Source: Pseudodesulfovibrio mercurii
GTDB taxonomy: Bacteria > Desulfobacterota > Desulfovibrionia > Desulfovibrionales > Desulfovibrionaceae
Reading direction: 5' to 3'
NCBI RefSeq assembly: GCF_000189295.2
Contig: NC_016803.1
Location: forward strand, 2,490,001 to 2,522,000
Length of the DNA: 32,000 bases
In this document: one piece after another, positions 23,277 through 31,671 of the stretch
Position numbering within the stretch: position 1 is the first letter of the stretch
Layout: each line of letters starts with the position of its first letter
Translations under genes and position numbers: made by a program
Notes under the pieces: generated by a model
What the model saw: only the letters and a program-made list of their open reading frames with translations
What the model was told of the DNA's origin: nothing
Databases searched by the model: none

Positions 23277-24572
23277 CTACTTGAGATACTCGCGTTGCCC
23301 GGTGGCTTCCATGACGGAGGCCCACCAGTCGGAGTTGATGTTGATGCGGCGGCGTTCGGTGGCCACCAGGTCCAGGGGCAGGTGGACCATGCTCGATTTG
23401 AGCCGGGAGACGACCATGGCGGTCTTGCCGGCCATGGCCGCGTGCACGGCGTTCTGCCCGAGGAATCCGCAGTAGACCCGATCGCCCGCATTGGCCGGGA
23501 CGGATCGAATCAGGTAGCTGGGATCAATGAATTTTATGTTGATCTCAAAATCCTTGGACAGGGCGTATTTCTCGAGTTCGGAGACGATGAGGCCGCAGAT
23601 GTCGCCCAGTTTGGGGTTGCCCGAGGGGTCTCGTTCGAGTTCCCCGCCGAGCAGATCCTGGCCCGCGCCCTCGGCGCAGACGATGATGGAATGCTTGCGT
23701 TCCTTGAGCCGGGTCTCCACGGCCTCGAGCAAGCCGCCCGGTCCGGCCAGGGTGAAGGGCTGTTCCGGGACCAGGAGGAAGTTGACCTCCTGCATGGCCA
23801 GGGTGGCCTGGGCCGCGATGAAGCCCGCTTCCCGGCCCATGAGCTTGACCAGACCCACGCCCATGTCGATGCCGGTGGCCTCCACGTGGGCGCACTGGAT
23901 GACCTCGGCGGCCTTTTCCACGGCCGTGTCGAAACCAAAGGAGCGGGTGATGAAGTTGATGTCGTTGTCGATGGTCTTGGGGATGCCGATGACGGCGATG
24001 TTCCGCTTGCGCTCGGATATCTCGTTGACGATGGACCTGGCCGCGCGCATGGCGCCGTCGCCGCCGATGACGAACAGGATGTTGATGTTCAGCCGCTCCA
24101 GTGAATCGACGATCTCCACCGGGTCCTGAAGCCCGCGCGACGAACCCAGGATGGTCCCGCCGAACTGGTGGATGTGTGAGACGGTCTCCGGGGTGAGTTC
24201 CTTGATGTCGTAGCCGTACTTGGGAATGAAGCCGCGCAGCCCGTTGGTGATGCCGAGCACGTGGCGCACGCCGTAGTGGTAGTGGGCCTCGTGCACGATG
24301 GCCCGGATGACGTCGTTGATGCCCGGGCAGATGCCGCCGCAGGTGACGACGGCGCAGCGCGCCTTGGAGGTGTCGAAATAGACCTGCTCGCGCGGTCCGG
24401 CCTTTTCGAAATCCTTTTGCAGTACGTCGGTGTCCAACTCGGTCAGCTCGCCCGAGGTAAGCATCAGCGTCACCGGAATCGACTCGTCCACGAACCGGGC
24501 GTTCTTCAGCGGCGATTTGATCTTGGCCTTGCCGAGATTCGGTATTTCCGTAACGAAATCCAGGCGTTTCAT
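23277..24572 (-). CDS. pfk: 6-phosphofructokinase (long PFK group; ATP-dependent type suggested by GGDG)
   Basis: TCGGICPGINDVIR, VIGGDGAMRAA and IPKTIDNDI motifs. 431 aa. GGDG rather than GGDD argues for ATP rather than PPi dependence (a rule of thumb, not proof). Confidence 0.85.
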   Translation of the reverse strand: MKRLDFVTEIPNLGKAKIKSPLKNARFVDESIPVTLMLTSGELTELDTDVLQKDFEKAGPREQVYFDTSKARCAVVTCGGICPGINDVIRAIVHEAHYHYGVRHVLGITNGLRGFIPKYGYDIKELTPETVSHIHQFGGTILGSSRGLQDPVEIVDSLERLNINILFVIGGDGAMRAARSIVNEISERKRNIAVIGIPKTIDNDINFITRSFGFDTAVEKAAEVIQCAHVEATGIDMGVGLVKLMGREAGFIAAQATLAMQEVNFLLVPEQPFTLAGPGGLLEAVETRLKERKHSIIVCAEGAGQDLLGGELERDPSGNPKLGDICGLIVSELEKYALSKDFEINIKFIDPSYLIRSVPANAGDRVYCGFLGQNAVHAAMAGKTAMVVSRLKSSMVHLPLDLVATERRRININSDWWASVMEATGQREYLK

Positions 24573-24610
24573 AATATTACGCTCCGTATTCCCTCATGGA
24601 TGACAGCTGG

Positions 24611-25624
24611 TCATTCCGTCCAGGCGGTCACCTGGGGTTCCGGCAGTTCCGCAATGGTTTCGTCGAGATCCTCGGGGGTTGCCGAGGCCGCGCCCACCTG
24701 GCCCACGACCACGCCCGCCGCGTAGTTGGCCAGGGTGCAGGCGGTCAGCAGGTCCATGCCCGCCGCCAGGGCCAGTGCGGCGGTGGCGATGACCGTGTCG
24801 CCCGCGCCGGTGACGTCGAAGACCTTGCGCGCAAAGGTCGGGATGTGCCGGATGGAATCCCGGCCCTCGAACAGGGCCATGCCGTCGGGCCCGAGGGTGA
24901 TCAAAAGGTTGCGGCAATTAAGCCGGTCGAAGATGGCCCGGCCCGCCGCGATGATGGACGAGCGGTCCGAGACCGGCAGGTTGGCGCCCTCGCTGGCCTC
25001 CTTGGTGTTGGGAGTGAGCAGGTCCACGTCCCGGTAGAGGTCGTAATTCACGGTCTTGGGGTCCACCAGGACCAGGGGCGGGGTGGAACGGGCCTGGACC
25101 AGGGGCATGAAGCGGTCCATGAACGCCTTCGAGATGAATCCCTTGCCGTAGTCGGACAGGATGATCACCGGAAAATCAGGCAGGTTCTCCTCAAGGATGA
25201 GGAACAGGGTGTCCATCTCGGCCGGAGAGAGGGGGCCGACGCGTTCCTGGTCCACGCGGACCACCTGCTGGTTGTGGGCGATGATCCGGGTCTTGACCGT
25301 TGTGGGCCGGCCGCCGTCCTGGATGAGCCGCGTGCTCAACCCCGCATGTTCGCATAAACTCTCGAGAATTTCCCCGTTACGGTCCGTGCCCACGGCCCCG
25401 ATGAGCAGGGGCTTGCCGCCCAGGTCCGCGATGTTCCGGGCCACGTTGCCCGCGCCGCCCAGAAGAAAGGATTCCTCCTTGACCTGGACCACCGGCACCG
25501 GCGCCTCGGGGGAGATGCGCTCCACGCCGCCCATGAGGTAGTGATCCAGCATGAGATCGCCGATGATCATGACCTTGTGCCCCTTGAGGGCCTTGACCGC
25601 TTCCAGAATCATTGCATGTGACAT
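24611..25624 (-). CDS. D-glycero-beta-D-manno-heptose-7-phosphate kinase (RfaE/HldE domain I only; PfkB family)
   Basis: IIGDLMLDHY, ISPEAPVPVV, LGGAGNVARNIADLGG and DVTGAGDTV motifs. No adenylyltransferase domain. The ORF-track start at 25639 is a TTG; the first ATG is at 25624. Confidence 0.8.
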   Translation of the reverse strand: MSHAMILEAVKALKGHKVMIIGDLMLDHYLMGGVERISPEAPVPVVQVKEESFLLGGAGNVARNIADLGGKPLLIGAVGTDRNGEILESLCEHAGLSTRLIQDGGRPTTVKTRIIAHNQQVVRVDQERVGPLSPAEMDTLFLILEENLPDFPVIILSDYGKGFISKAFMDRFMPLVQARSTPPLVLVDPKTVNYDLYRDVDLLTPNTKEASEGANLPVSDRSSIIAAGRAIFDRLNCRNLLITLGPDGMALFEGRDSIRHIPTFARKVFDVTGAGDTVIATAALALAAGMDLLTACTLANYAAGVVVGQVGAASATPEDLDETIAELPEPQVTAWTE

Positions 25625-25789
25625 ATTGTAAACAACCAATTTTTTCCCGTTGTTGTCGTCAATTTACAAACGATCGCCGTCACGCCGCGCTCCGGGGCTC
25701 TGCCTTCGAATCCCAGGCTGCGTGATCGCAGCGTATCACTCACCGCTCACGAAGGGCCGCATTCGGCGGCAGGGGAGGGACCCGGCTAC

Positions 25790-26707
25790 CTACGCGAACT
25801 CGACCCCGAACCTTTCCGCAACGGACCGCAAGTCATCTTCAGCCGCGTAACTAACCGTCAATTTACCTTTTTCCGGGGAGCCGGAGATTTTGACCGTAAG
25901 GCCCAACAAATCGGAAAGTTCGCCCTGGAGGGTCTCCAGGCGGGGGTCCAACGGCCGAGGTTCGGACTTGGCCGAGCGGGAGGAGGGCGCGGCCCCGATC
26001 TCGTCCGCGCCGGGCAGCCGTCCGTGCTGCTTGAAGAAAGAGGCCTGGGCCTCGGCCTGGCGCACAGTCAGGCCGTTCTCGGCGATGCGGCGGTGCAGTT
26101 CGGCCTGGGGCTCGGGAGCGCTCACGGCCATGATCGCCCGACCGTGCCCGGCGGACAGGACGTTCTGCTGGATGGCGGTCTGCACGCTTTCCGGCAGGTT
26201 GAGCAGACGCAGGGAGTTGGCCACGGCGGAACGGCTCTTGCCCACCTGACGGGCCAGTTCCTCCTGGCTCAGCCCGAACTCCTGCTGCAACCGCTGGTAG
26301 CCGAGCGCCTCTTCCACGGCGTTCAGGTCCTCGCGCTGCAAATTCTCGATCAGAGCGATGGCCAGGCTCTCCTGGTCGGTCATCTCCCGAACCAGGGAGG
26401 GGATGTCCGTGAGCCCGGCCTTCCTGGAGGCGCGCAGCCGCCGCTCACCGGCGACCAGCTCGTATTTGCCCTTGCCAAGGGGGCGGACCAGGATGGGCTG
26501 GAGCACGCCGCGCGTCTCGATGGAGGCGGCCAGGTCGTTCAGGGCCTCCTCGGAGAATTCGCGCCGGGGCTGGTGCGGGTTGGGGGTGATGGCCCCCACC
26601 GGAATCAGGCGCACCTCGGCGGCATCGGCCGTGACCTTTTCATCCTCGCGCACGCCGCCCAGCAATGCATCCAATCCCCGTCCAAGTCCCCTGTTCGTCG
26701 CTGTCAT
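25790..26707 (-). CDS. parB: Chromosome partitioning protein ParB/Spo0J
   Basis: AGGAG RBS. GLGRGLDALL N-terminus. LVAGERRLRASR box. HTH SQEELARQVGKSRSAVANSLRLLNLP. Confidence 0.9.
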   Translation of the reverse strand: MTATNRGLGRGLDALLGGVREDEKVTADAAEVRLIPVGAITPNPHQPRREFSEEALNDLAASIETRGVLQPILVRPLGKGKYELVAGERRLRASRKAGLTDIPSLVREMTDQESLAIALIENLQREDLNAVEEALGYQRLQQEFGLSQEELARQVGKSRSAVANSLRLLNLPESVQTAIQQNVLSAGHGRAIMAVSAPEPQAELHRRIAENGLTVRQAEAQASFFKQHGRLPGADEIGAAPSSRSAKSEPRPLDPRLETLQGELSDLLGLTVKISGSPEKGKLTVSYAAEDDLRSVAERFGVEFA

Positions 26708-26796
26708 ATATGACTCCTGTCTCGCTGGTAATTCAATCCTTGCCCAAAAATGCTTGAGTGCCTATAACGCCCCGAAGAAAACCATACGGAGCGAAC

Positions 26797-27231
26797 ATGT
26801 CCGATCAGATCAACGAACTCTTCGACAAGGACGGCAACCTCATCGGCGCCCTGCTGACCGCCGAGGCCTGGACCACGGTCCGCGCCCTGGTCATGGATGC
26901 CCTCGGGGTGAACGAGAACGACGCGCCCGACGCGCCCGAAGTAAAGCCCGAGCCGCTGGCCGACTGGGAAACCCTCACGCAATATTGGGATTTCCCGTAT
27001 GCCGTGGACATGGACGTGGCCTGCGAAAACTGCGGCAACCGCACCGAGGACTGGTCCTCTGATGAGCCGCGTAAGTTCCGCCTGACCAGCGCGAACCTCG
27101 CCGGGCTGGTGGCCTTCCAGTGCATGGACTGCCGGGCCAAGGTGGTCAAGAAGCACTTCAAGGACGAGATCGTCACCGAATGCACGCCCTACCGCGAGGA
27201 GAAGATCACCTCCAAGGAAGGGCGGTACTGA
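26797..27231 (+). CDS. Hypothetical zinc-ribbon protein, 144 aa, encoded opposite to and between parB and parA
   Basis: GGAG 5 nt upstream of ATG 26797. Pronounced G/C third-position bias. CENC-x29-CMDC motif and an acidic N-terminal half. The overlapping minus-strand ORFs translate to S/R/G/H-rich low-complexity sequence. Confidence 0.6.
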   Translation: MSDQINELFDKDGNLIGALLTAEAWTTVRALVMDALGVNENDAPDAPEVKPEPLADWETLTQYWDFPYAVDMDVACENCGNRTEDWSSDEPRKFRLTSANLAGLVAFQCMDCRAKVVKKHFKDEIVTECTPYREEKITSKEGRY

Positions 27232-27295
27232 TCACCCATCGCTCACGCCCGCGCCGCTCGATCATCACGATGCGGCGCTCCCGTCAAAGAACCCG

Positions 27296-28093
27296 TCAGG
27301 CCCCGGCCGTGGAGCTGCGCTCCACTTCCTGGGCCAGCGCCAGGTACGCCTCCGCACCCCGCGACTTGATATCGTAATTGATCACCGGTTTACCGAAGCT
27401 CGGCGCCTCGGACAGACGCACGTTCCTCGGAATGATCGTCTCGAACAGGTGCTGGGGGAACGCCTTGCGTACCTCGTTTTTCACCTGCCACGACAGCCGG
27501 TTTCTCGAATCGTACATGGTCAGGACCACGCCGAGGATATCGAGCCCCGGATTGAGCCGCTTGCGGACCAGCTCGTAGGTCATGAGCAACTGCGCGATGC
27601 CCTCCAATGCGTAATACTCGCACTGCAACGGCACGAGCAGCTCGTCGGCCGCGCACAGGGCGTTGACCGTCAGCAGGCCGAGGGAGGGGGGGCAGTCGAT
27701 GAGGATGAAATCATACTCGGGGTCCGCCTGGTCGATGAGTTCGCGCAGGTAGAACTCACGTCCGAACTTGTCCACCAGCTCGATCTCCGCGCCGACCAAG
27801 TCCTGCGTTCCGGGCAGGATGTCCAGGTAGGGTATGCCGGTCGGGAGGATGGCCTTGCCGATGTTCTTCGGCTCGAAGAGCACGGTGTAGATGTTTTCGC
27901 GCTTATCGCCGGGGTAGAAGCCGAGCCCGCTGGAGGCGTTTCCCTGGGGGTCGCAGTCAACCAGCAGGACGCGCTTTTCCATCACGGCCAGGGAGGCCGC
28001 CAGGTTGATGGCGGTGGTGGTCTTGCCCACGCCGCCCTTTTGATTCGCAATCACGATTCTTCTCGCCACATGACCCTCGCTTTCGAGCTGCAT
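27296..28093 (-). CDS. parA: Chromosome partitioning ATPase ParA/Soj
   Basis: Deviant Walker A NQKGGVGKTTT. LLVDCDPQGNAS. 265 aa from ATG 28093. The ORF-track start at 28135 is a TTG inside the parS palindrome. Confidence 0.9.
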   Translation of the reverse strand: MQLESEGHVARRIVIANQKGGVGKTTTAINLAASLAVMEKRVLLVDCDPQGNASSGLGFYPGDKRENIYTVLFEPKNIGKAILPTGIPYLDILPGTQDLVGAEIELVDKFGREFYLRELIDQADPEYDFILIDCPPSLGLLTVNALCAADELLVPLQCEYYALEGIAQLLMTYELVRKRLNPGLDILGVVLTMYDSRNRLSWQVKNEVRKAFPQHLFETIIPRNVRLSEAPSFGKPVINYDIKSRGAEAYLALAQEVERSSTAGA

Positions 28094-28118
28094 TCGGTGC
28101 GTTCGAGACTCCGTCGTT

Positions 28119-28134
28119 TGTTTCACGTGAAACA
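28119..28134. promoter_or_regulatory. parS: parS site 1 (TGTTTCACGTGAAACA)
   Basis: Perfect 16-bp palindrome identical to the canonical chromosomal parS consensus, 26 nt upstream of the parA ATG. Confidence 0.85.
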
Positions 28135-28154
28135 ATTAACCCCTGAACAGGCGG

Positions 28155-28170
28155 TGTTTCACGTGAAACA
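28155..28170. promoter_or_regulatory. parS: parS site 2 (TGTTTCACGTGAAACA)
   Basis: Second identical 16-bp palindrome, 36 bp centre-to-centre from site 1. Confidence 0.85.
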
Positions 28171-28242
28171 TTGTCCTCTTGTCGTTTCGATTGTCGTAGG
28201 CGGAAAAAAAGGCAAAGGCAAGGGGAGAGGGTGGAATAGGGA

Positions 28243-28279
28243 GAAAAAGACACAAAAAAGGGCGGCTGACGCCGCCCTT
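28243..28279 (-). terminator. Rho-independent terminator of the epimerase gene
   Basis: On the minus strand, AAGGGCGGC-GTCA-GCCGCCCTT (28258-28279) is followed by TTTTTGTGTCTTTTT. Confidence 0.75.
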
Positions 28280-28300
28280 GATGATCGTGATGATCAGCGC

Positions 28301-29308
28301 CTATTTGCCGTAGTATTCGTGATACCACTCGATGAACTTGCGGATGCCTTCCTCGATGGTGGTGTCCGGCTTGAACCCGACGTCGGCCTGAAGGTCGGAG
28401 ACGTCCGCCTCGGTGGCCGGGACGTCGCCCGCCTGCATGGGCATGTAGTTGTAGATGGCCTTCTTGCCGACAACCTCTTCGATGACCTCGATGTACCGAG
28501 ACAGCTCGACCACGGTGTTGTTGCCGATGTTGTAGATCTGGTAGGGGACCGAGCTGGTGCACGGGTCCGGATGGTCGCCGTCCCAGTCGGGGTTCGGGGT
28601 GGCGGTGCGCTGCATGACCCGGACAACGCCCTCGACGATGTCGTCGATGTAGGTGAAGTCGCGGCGCATCTTGCCGTAGTTGAAGACGTTGATGGGCTTG
28701 TCCTCGATGATGTTCTTGGTGAACAGGAAGAGCGCCATGTCCGGGCGGCCCCACGGCCCATATACCGTAAAGAAGCGCAGCCCGGTGGTGGGCAGGTTGT
28801 AGAGGCTCGAATAGGAGTGGGCCATCATCTCGTTGGACTTTTTGGTGGCCGCGTACAGGCTCATGGGATGATCCACGCCCTCGTGCGGGTTGAGCGGCAT
28901 CTTGGTGTTCATGCCGTAGACCGAGGAGCTGGAGGCGTAGACCAGGTGTTCGACCTTGTTGTGGCGACAACCCTCAAGAATGTTGAGAAATCCGACCACG
29001 TTGGAGTCGATGTAGGAGCGGGGGTTCTCGATGGAGTAACGGACGCCCGCCTGGGCCGCCAGGTTGACCACGTGGGTGAACCGTTCGGCCTGGAACAGCT
29101 CGCTCATGGGCTGGGCGTCCTCGAGATTGATGTTCACGTGGCGGAACAAGGGGGACTGCTCAAGGATCTTGAGGCGGTCCTTCTTCAGGTTGACGTCGTA
29201 GTAGTCGTTCAGGTTGTCCAGGCCAATGACTTCATGGCCCGCATCGGTCAGCCGCTTGGAAAGATGAAAGCCGATGAAGCCCGCGGCTCCGGTGACAAGT
29301 ATCTTCAT
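28301..29308 (-). CDS. NAD-dependent nucleotide-sugar epimerase, UDP-glucuronate 4-epimerase-like (SDR family)
   Basis: [12 protein letters not shown] Rossmann motif. [22 protein letters not shown] catalytic motif. ATG 29308 has better AGGA spacing than the in-frame ATG at 29314. Confidence 0.8.
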   Translation of the reverse strand: MKILVTGAAGFIGFHLSKRLTDAGHEVIGLDNLNDYYDVNLKKDRLKILEQSPLFRHVNINLEDAQPMSELFQAERFTHVVNLAAQAGVRYSIENPRSYIDSNVVGFLNILEGCRHNKVEHLVYASSSSVYGMNTKMPLNPHEGVDHPMSLYAATKKSNEMMAHSYSSLYNLPTTGLRFFTVYGPWGRPDMALFLFTKNIIEDKPINVFNYGKMRRDFTYIDDIVEGVVRVMQRTATPNPDWDGDHPDPCTSSVPYQIYNIGNNTVVELSRYIEVIEEVVGKKAIYNYMPMQAGDVPATEADVSDLQADVGFKPDTTIEEGIRKFIEWYHEYYGK

Positions 29309-29697
29309 ATGCATGGTCCTTATGCCTGATTGTGCTCAGGTGTTTTTGGCGAGGTATGCGGCGCGCCATCATGGGGCGGTGCGCGCCGCCACAAGCTCAT
29401 ACTCCATTTCGTGCCCCCAGGGCAAGCGCGCAATATTTGGTTTTCGAAGACCCCTCCCGACGAGGGGCCCCCCGGAGGGCCGGAGGGTGTCAATCTTGTC
29501 CCAAACGACCGCAAACCGTTGGGGGCCGGGGGTTTGCGGGGCATCGCCGGAAACGGCCCGGACAGCGCCTTTCGCATAAAATCCGGACACGGGCCTGCCG
29601 CACCACGCAAAGTGCGTCCAGGGGCGATTCCGGGCGAAATTCGGAGAAAAAGGCGGGACGGGCTGGCGGCGAAGGGGCAATGGGTCGAAAAAACGGG

Positions 29698-30468
29698 CTA
29701 CAGACGGATGCCGGCGATGGAATCCACGGCCATCTGTTGTTCGTGGGGGAGCATGTCCACCAGCCGGGCCAGGGGGGGCAGCTTGTGGACGATGACGGTC
29801 TCGAGCAGGTGGGTGACCACCTGCGGGTCCGCATCGGGCAGGACGACCCGCAGGGCCTCGTCGCCGAAGCAGACGATGTGCGGGGTGCGCCACAGCTCCC
29901 AGCCGCGCCAGAACATGGCCGTGTCGGGCTGGAGCGCGCCGCCGGTCAGGGCGGCCACGGGCCAGAAGTTGATGGTCCCGGCGGGCCACTTCAGGTGCGC
30001 CTGGAGATTCTTGAGCACGCCGCGCCGCCTGGGGTCGGACTGCCCGGACAGGTCCAGGCCGAGCTCCATGTAGGTCATGACCACGCGCGCGCCCGGTTTG
30101 GTGAAACGCAGGAACGCGGACCACGGGTCCGGGAAATTCGGGGCCGGGGCGGAGGCGGGAGCGGACGGAGCCGGGGAGGGCGGTGTCGCCTGCGGCCGGG
30201 CCACGGTCGGACGGGCCGCCTGCCGAGCCGGTTGTTGCTGCGGCTGCCGGGCCGGTTGTTGCGACGGACGGGTCCGGGGCTGCGCCTCGGGTTTGGGCTG
30301 AGCGGCAATGGGTTCGCGTTGCGCGTCCACAACGCCGGGCTGCGCCGTCACGGGTTCGGGCTGCGCCTGGGCGGCCATGCCGCCCGGCGCGTAGACGAAC
30401 TCCAGGCCGGACTCCAGCCAGGGGCGCAGGCTCTCGCGCAGGTTCAGTCGAGCAGAAGGTGATCCCAT
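29698..30468 (-). CDS. Hypothetical protein with a P/Q/A-rich linker and a ~150-aa C-terminal globular domain
   Basis: The first ATG in frame is 30468, overlapping the coaBC 3' end by 25 nt. Everything upstream in the 520-aa ORF-track entry shadows coaBC. The C-terminal domain has G/C3 bias and normal composition. The start is uncertain; another ATG lies at 30369. Confidence 0.5.
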   Translation of the reverse strand: MGSPSARLNLRESLRPWLESGLEFVYAPGGMAAQAQPEPVTAQPGVVDAQREPIAAQPKPEAQPRTRPSQQPARQPQQQPARQAARPTVARPQATPPSPAPSAPASAPAPNFPDPWSAFLRFTKPGARVVMTYMELGLDLSGQSDPRRRGVLKNLQAHLKWPAGTINFWPVAALTGGALQPDTAMFWRGWELWRTPHIVCFGDEALRVVLPDADPQVVTHLLETVIVHKLPPLARLVDMLPHEQQMAVDSIAGIRL

Positions 30469-31670
30469 AGTCTCCAGGCCACTTCGGTCTTGGGCAGTTG
30501 GGGCCACTGTTCGCGGCGGCCCTTGGCGTCGAGCACGTACATCTCGTTGGTGGCCACGCCGAAGCCGCTGCCCGACTTGCCGATGTCGTTGGTCGCAATG
30601 AGGTCCAGGTGCTTGCTCTCGAGCTTGCGGGCGGCCTCCTCGCGCAGGTTGCCGGTCTCGGCCGCGAAGCCGATGAGCTTCTGGTCCGGCCGCTTGGATT
30701 CGCCCAGGGTCTTGAGGATGTCCGGGTTGGTCTCGAACTCCACGGTGATGCCCGCGCCCGCCGAGGTGGACTTCTTGAACTTGGTCTCGCCGAAGGGCAC
30801 GGGCCGGTAGTCGGCCACGGCCGCGGTCAGGCAGGCCATGTCCATGGACGGCCACAGGTCGGTGCAGGCGGCGAACATCTGCCGGGCGGTGGTCACCGAG
30901 ACCACGGCCACGTCGCAGGGGAAGGTCAGGGCGGTGGGCCCGGCCACCACGGTCACGTCCGCGCCGCGCAGCCAGGCGGCCATGGCCACGCACGCGCCCA
31001 TGGTCCCGCTGGACGGGTTGGACCAGAAGCGCACCGCGTCCCACGGCTCGCGGGTGGGGCCCAGGGTGACCAGGACGTTCCGGCCCGCCAGATCCTGGGG
31101 GGTCAGGGCCTTGAGCACGGCCAGGAAAATCTCGTCCACCGGGGCCAGCCGCCCGGTGCCGGTTTCGCCGCAGGCCACGGAGCCGCACTCCGGGGCCACG
31201 CGGATGTAGCCGAGCTCCCCGAGGGTGGCCCAGTTGCGCTGGGTGGCCGGGGCCGCCCACATGCGCGGGTTCATGGCCGGGGCCACGATCTTGGGGCCGG
31301 GGAAGGCCAGGGCCTGGCAGGAAAGCATGTCGTCGGCCAGACCGAAGGCCAGCCTGGCCAGGGTGTTGGCCGAGGCCGGGGCCACGACCATCGCGTCCGC
31401 GGCCTGGCCCGGTTCCAGATGGCCGAAGGCGGTGTCCGCGTCCGGGGTCTCGGAGAACATGCCCGTGTAGACCGGCGACGCGCCGAGCGCCTCGAAGGAG
31501 AGGGGGGTCACGAACCGGCGGGCGGCGTCGGTCAGGGTGGCCGAGACCATGCAGTCCGCCTGTTGCAGGGCGCGGGCGAGGTCCAGCGCCTTGTACGCGG
31601 CGATGGACCCGGTCACGCCCAGGTGGACGCGCTTGCCCATGAATCCGGCAAAACCGTAATGGGGCTGCAT
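30444..31670 (-). CDS. coaBC: Bifunctional phosphopantothenoylcysteine decarboxylase / phosphopantothenate-cysteine ligase
   Basis: N-terminal flavoprotein motif HLGVTGSIAAYK. PAMNPRMW. C-terminal ligase half (LVTLGPTREPWDAVRFWSNPSSG ... AAVADY ... KKS). 408 aa. Confidence 0.9.
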   Translation of the reverse strand: MQPHYGFAGFMGKRVHLGVTGSIAAYKALDLARALQQADCMVSATLTDAARRFVTPLSFEALGASPVYTGMFSETPDADTAFGHLEPGQAADAMVVAPASANTLARLAFGLADDMLSCQALAFPGPKIVAPAMNPRMWAAPATQRNWATLGELGYIRVAPECGSVACGETGTGRLAPVDEIFLAVLKALTPQDLAGRNVLVTLGPTREPWDAVRFWSNPSSGTMGACVAMAAWLRGADVTVVAGPTALTFPCDVAVVSVTTARQMFAACTDLWPSMDMACLTAAVADYRPVPFGETKFKKSTSAGAGITVEFETNPDILKTLGESKRPDQKLIGFAAETGNLREEAARKLESKHLDLIATNDIGKSGSGFGVATNEMYVLDAKGRREQWPQLPKTEVAWRLWDHLLLD

Positions 31671-31671
31671 G

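Noticed and set aside
27296-28135. An N-terminal extension of ParA (MFHVKQTTESRTHR...).
   Set aside because: The start at 28135 is a TTG lying inside the parS palindrome, and the same peptide appears on the other strand because the site is symmetric. ATG 28093 gives a normal-length Soj N-terminus.
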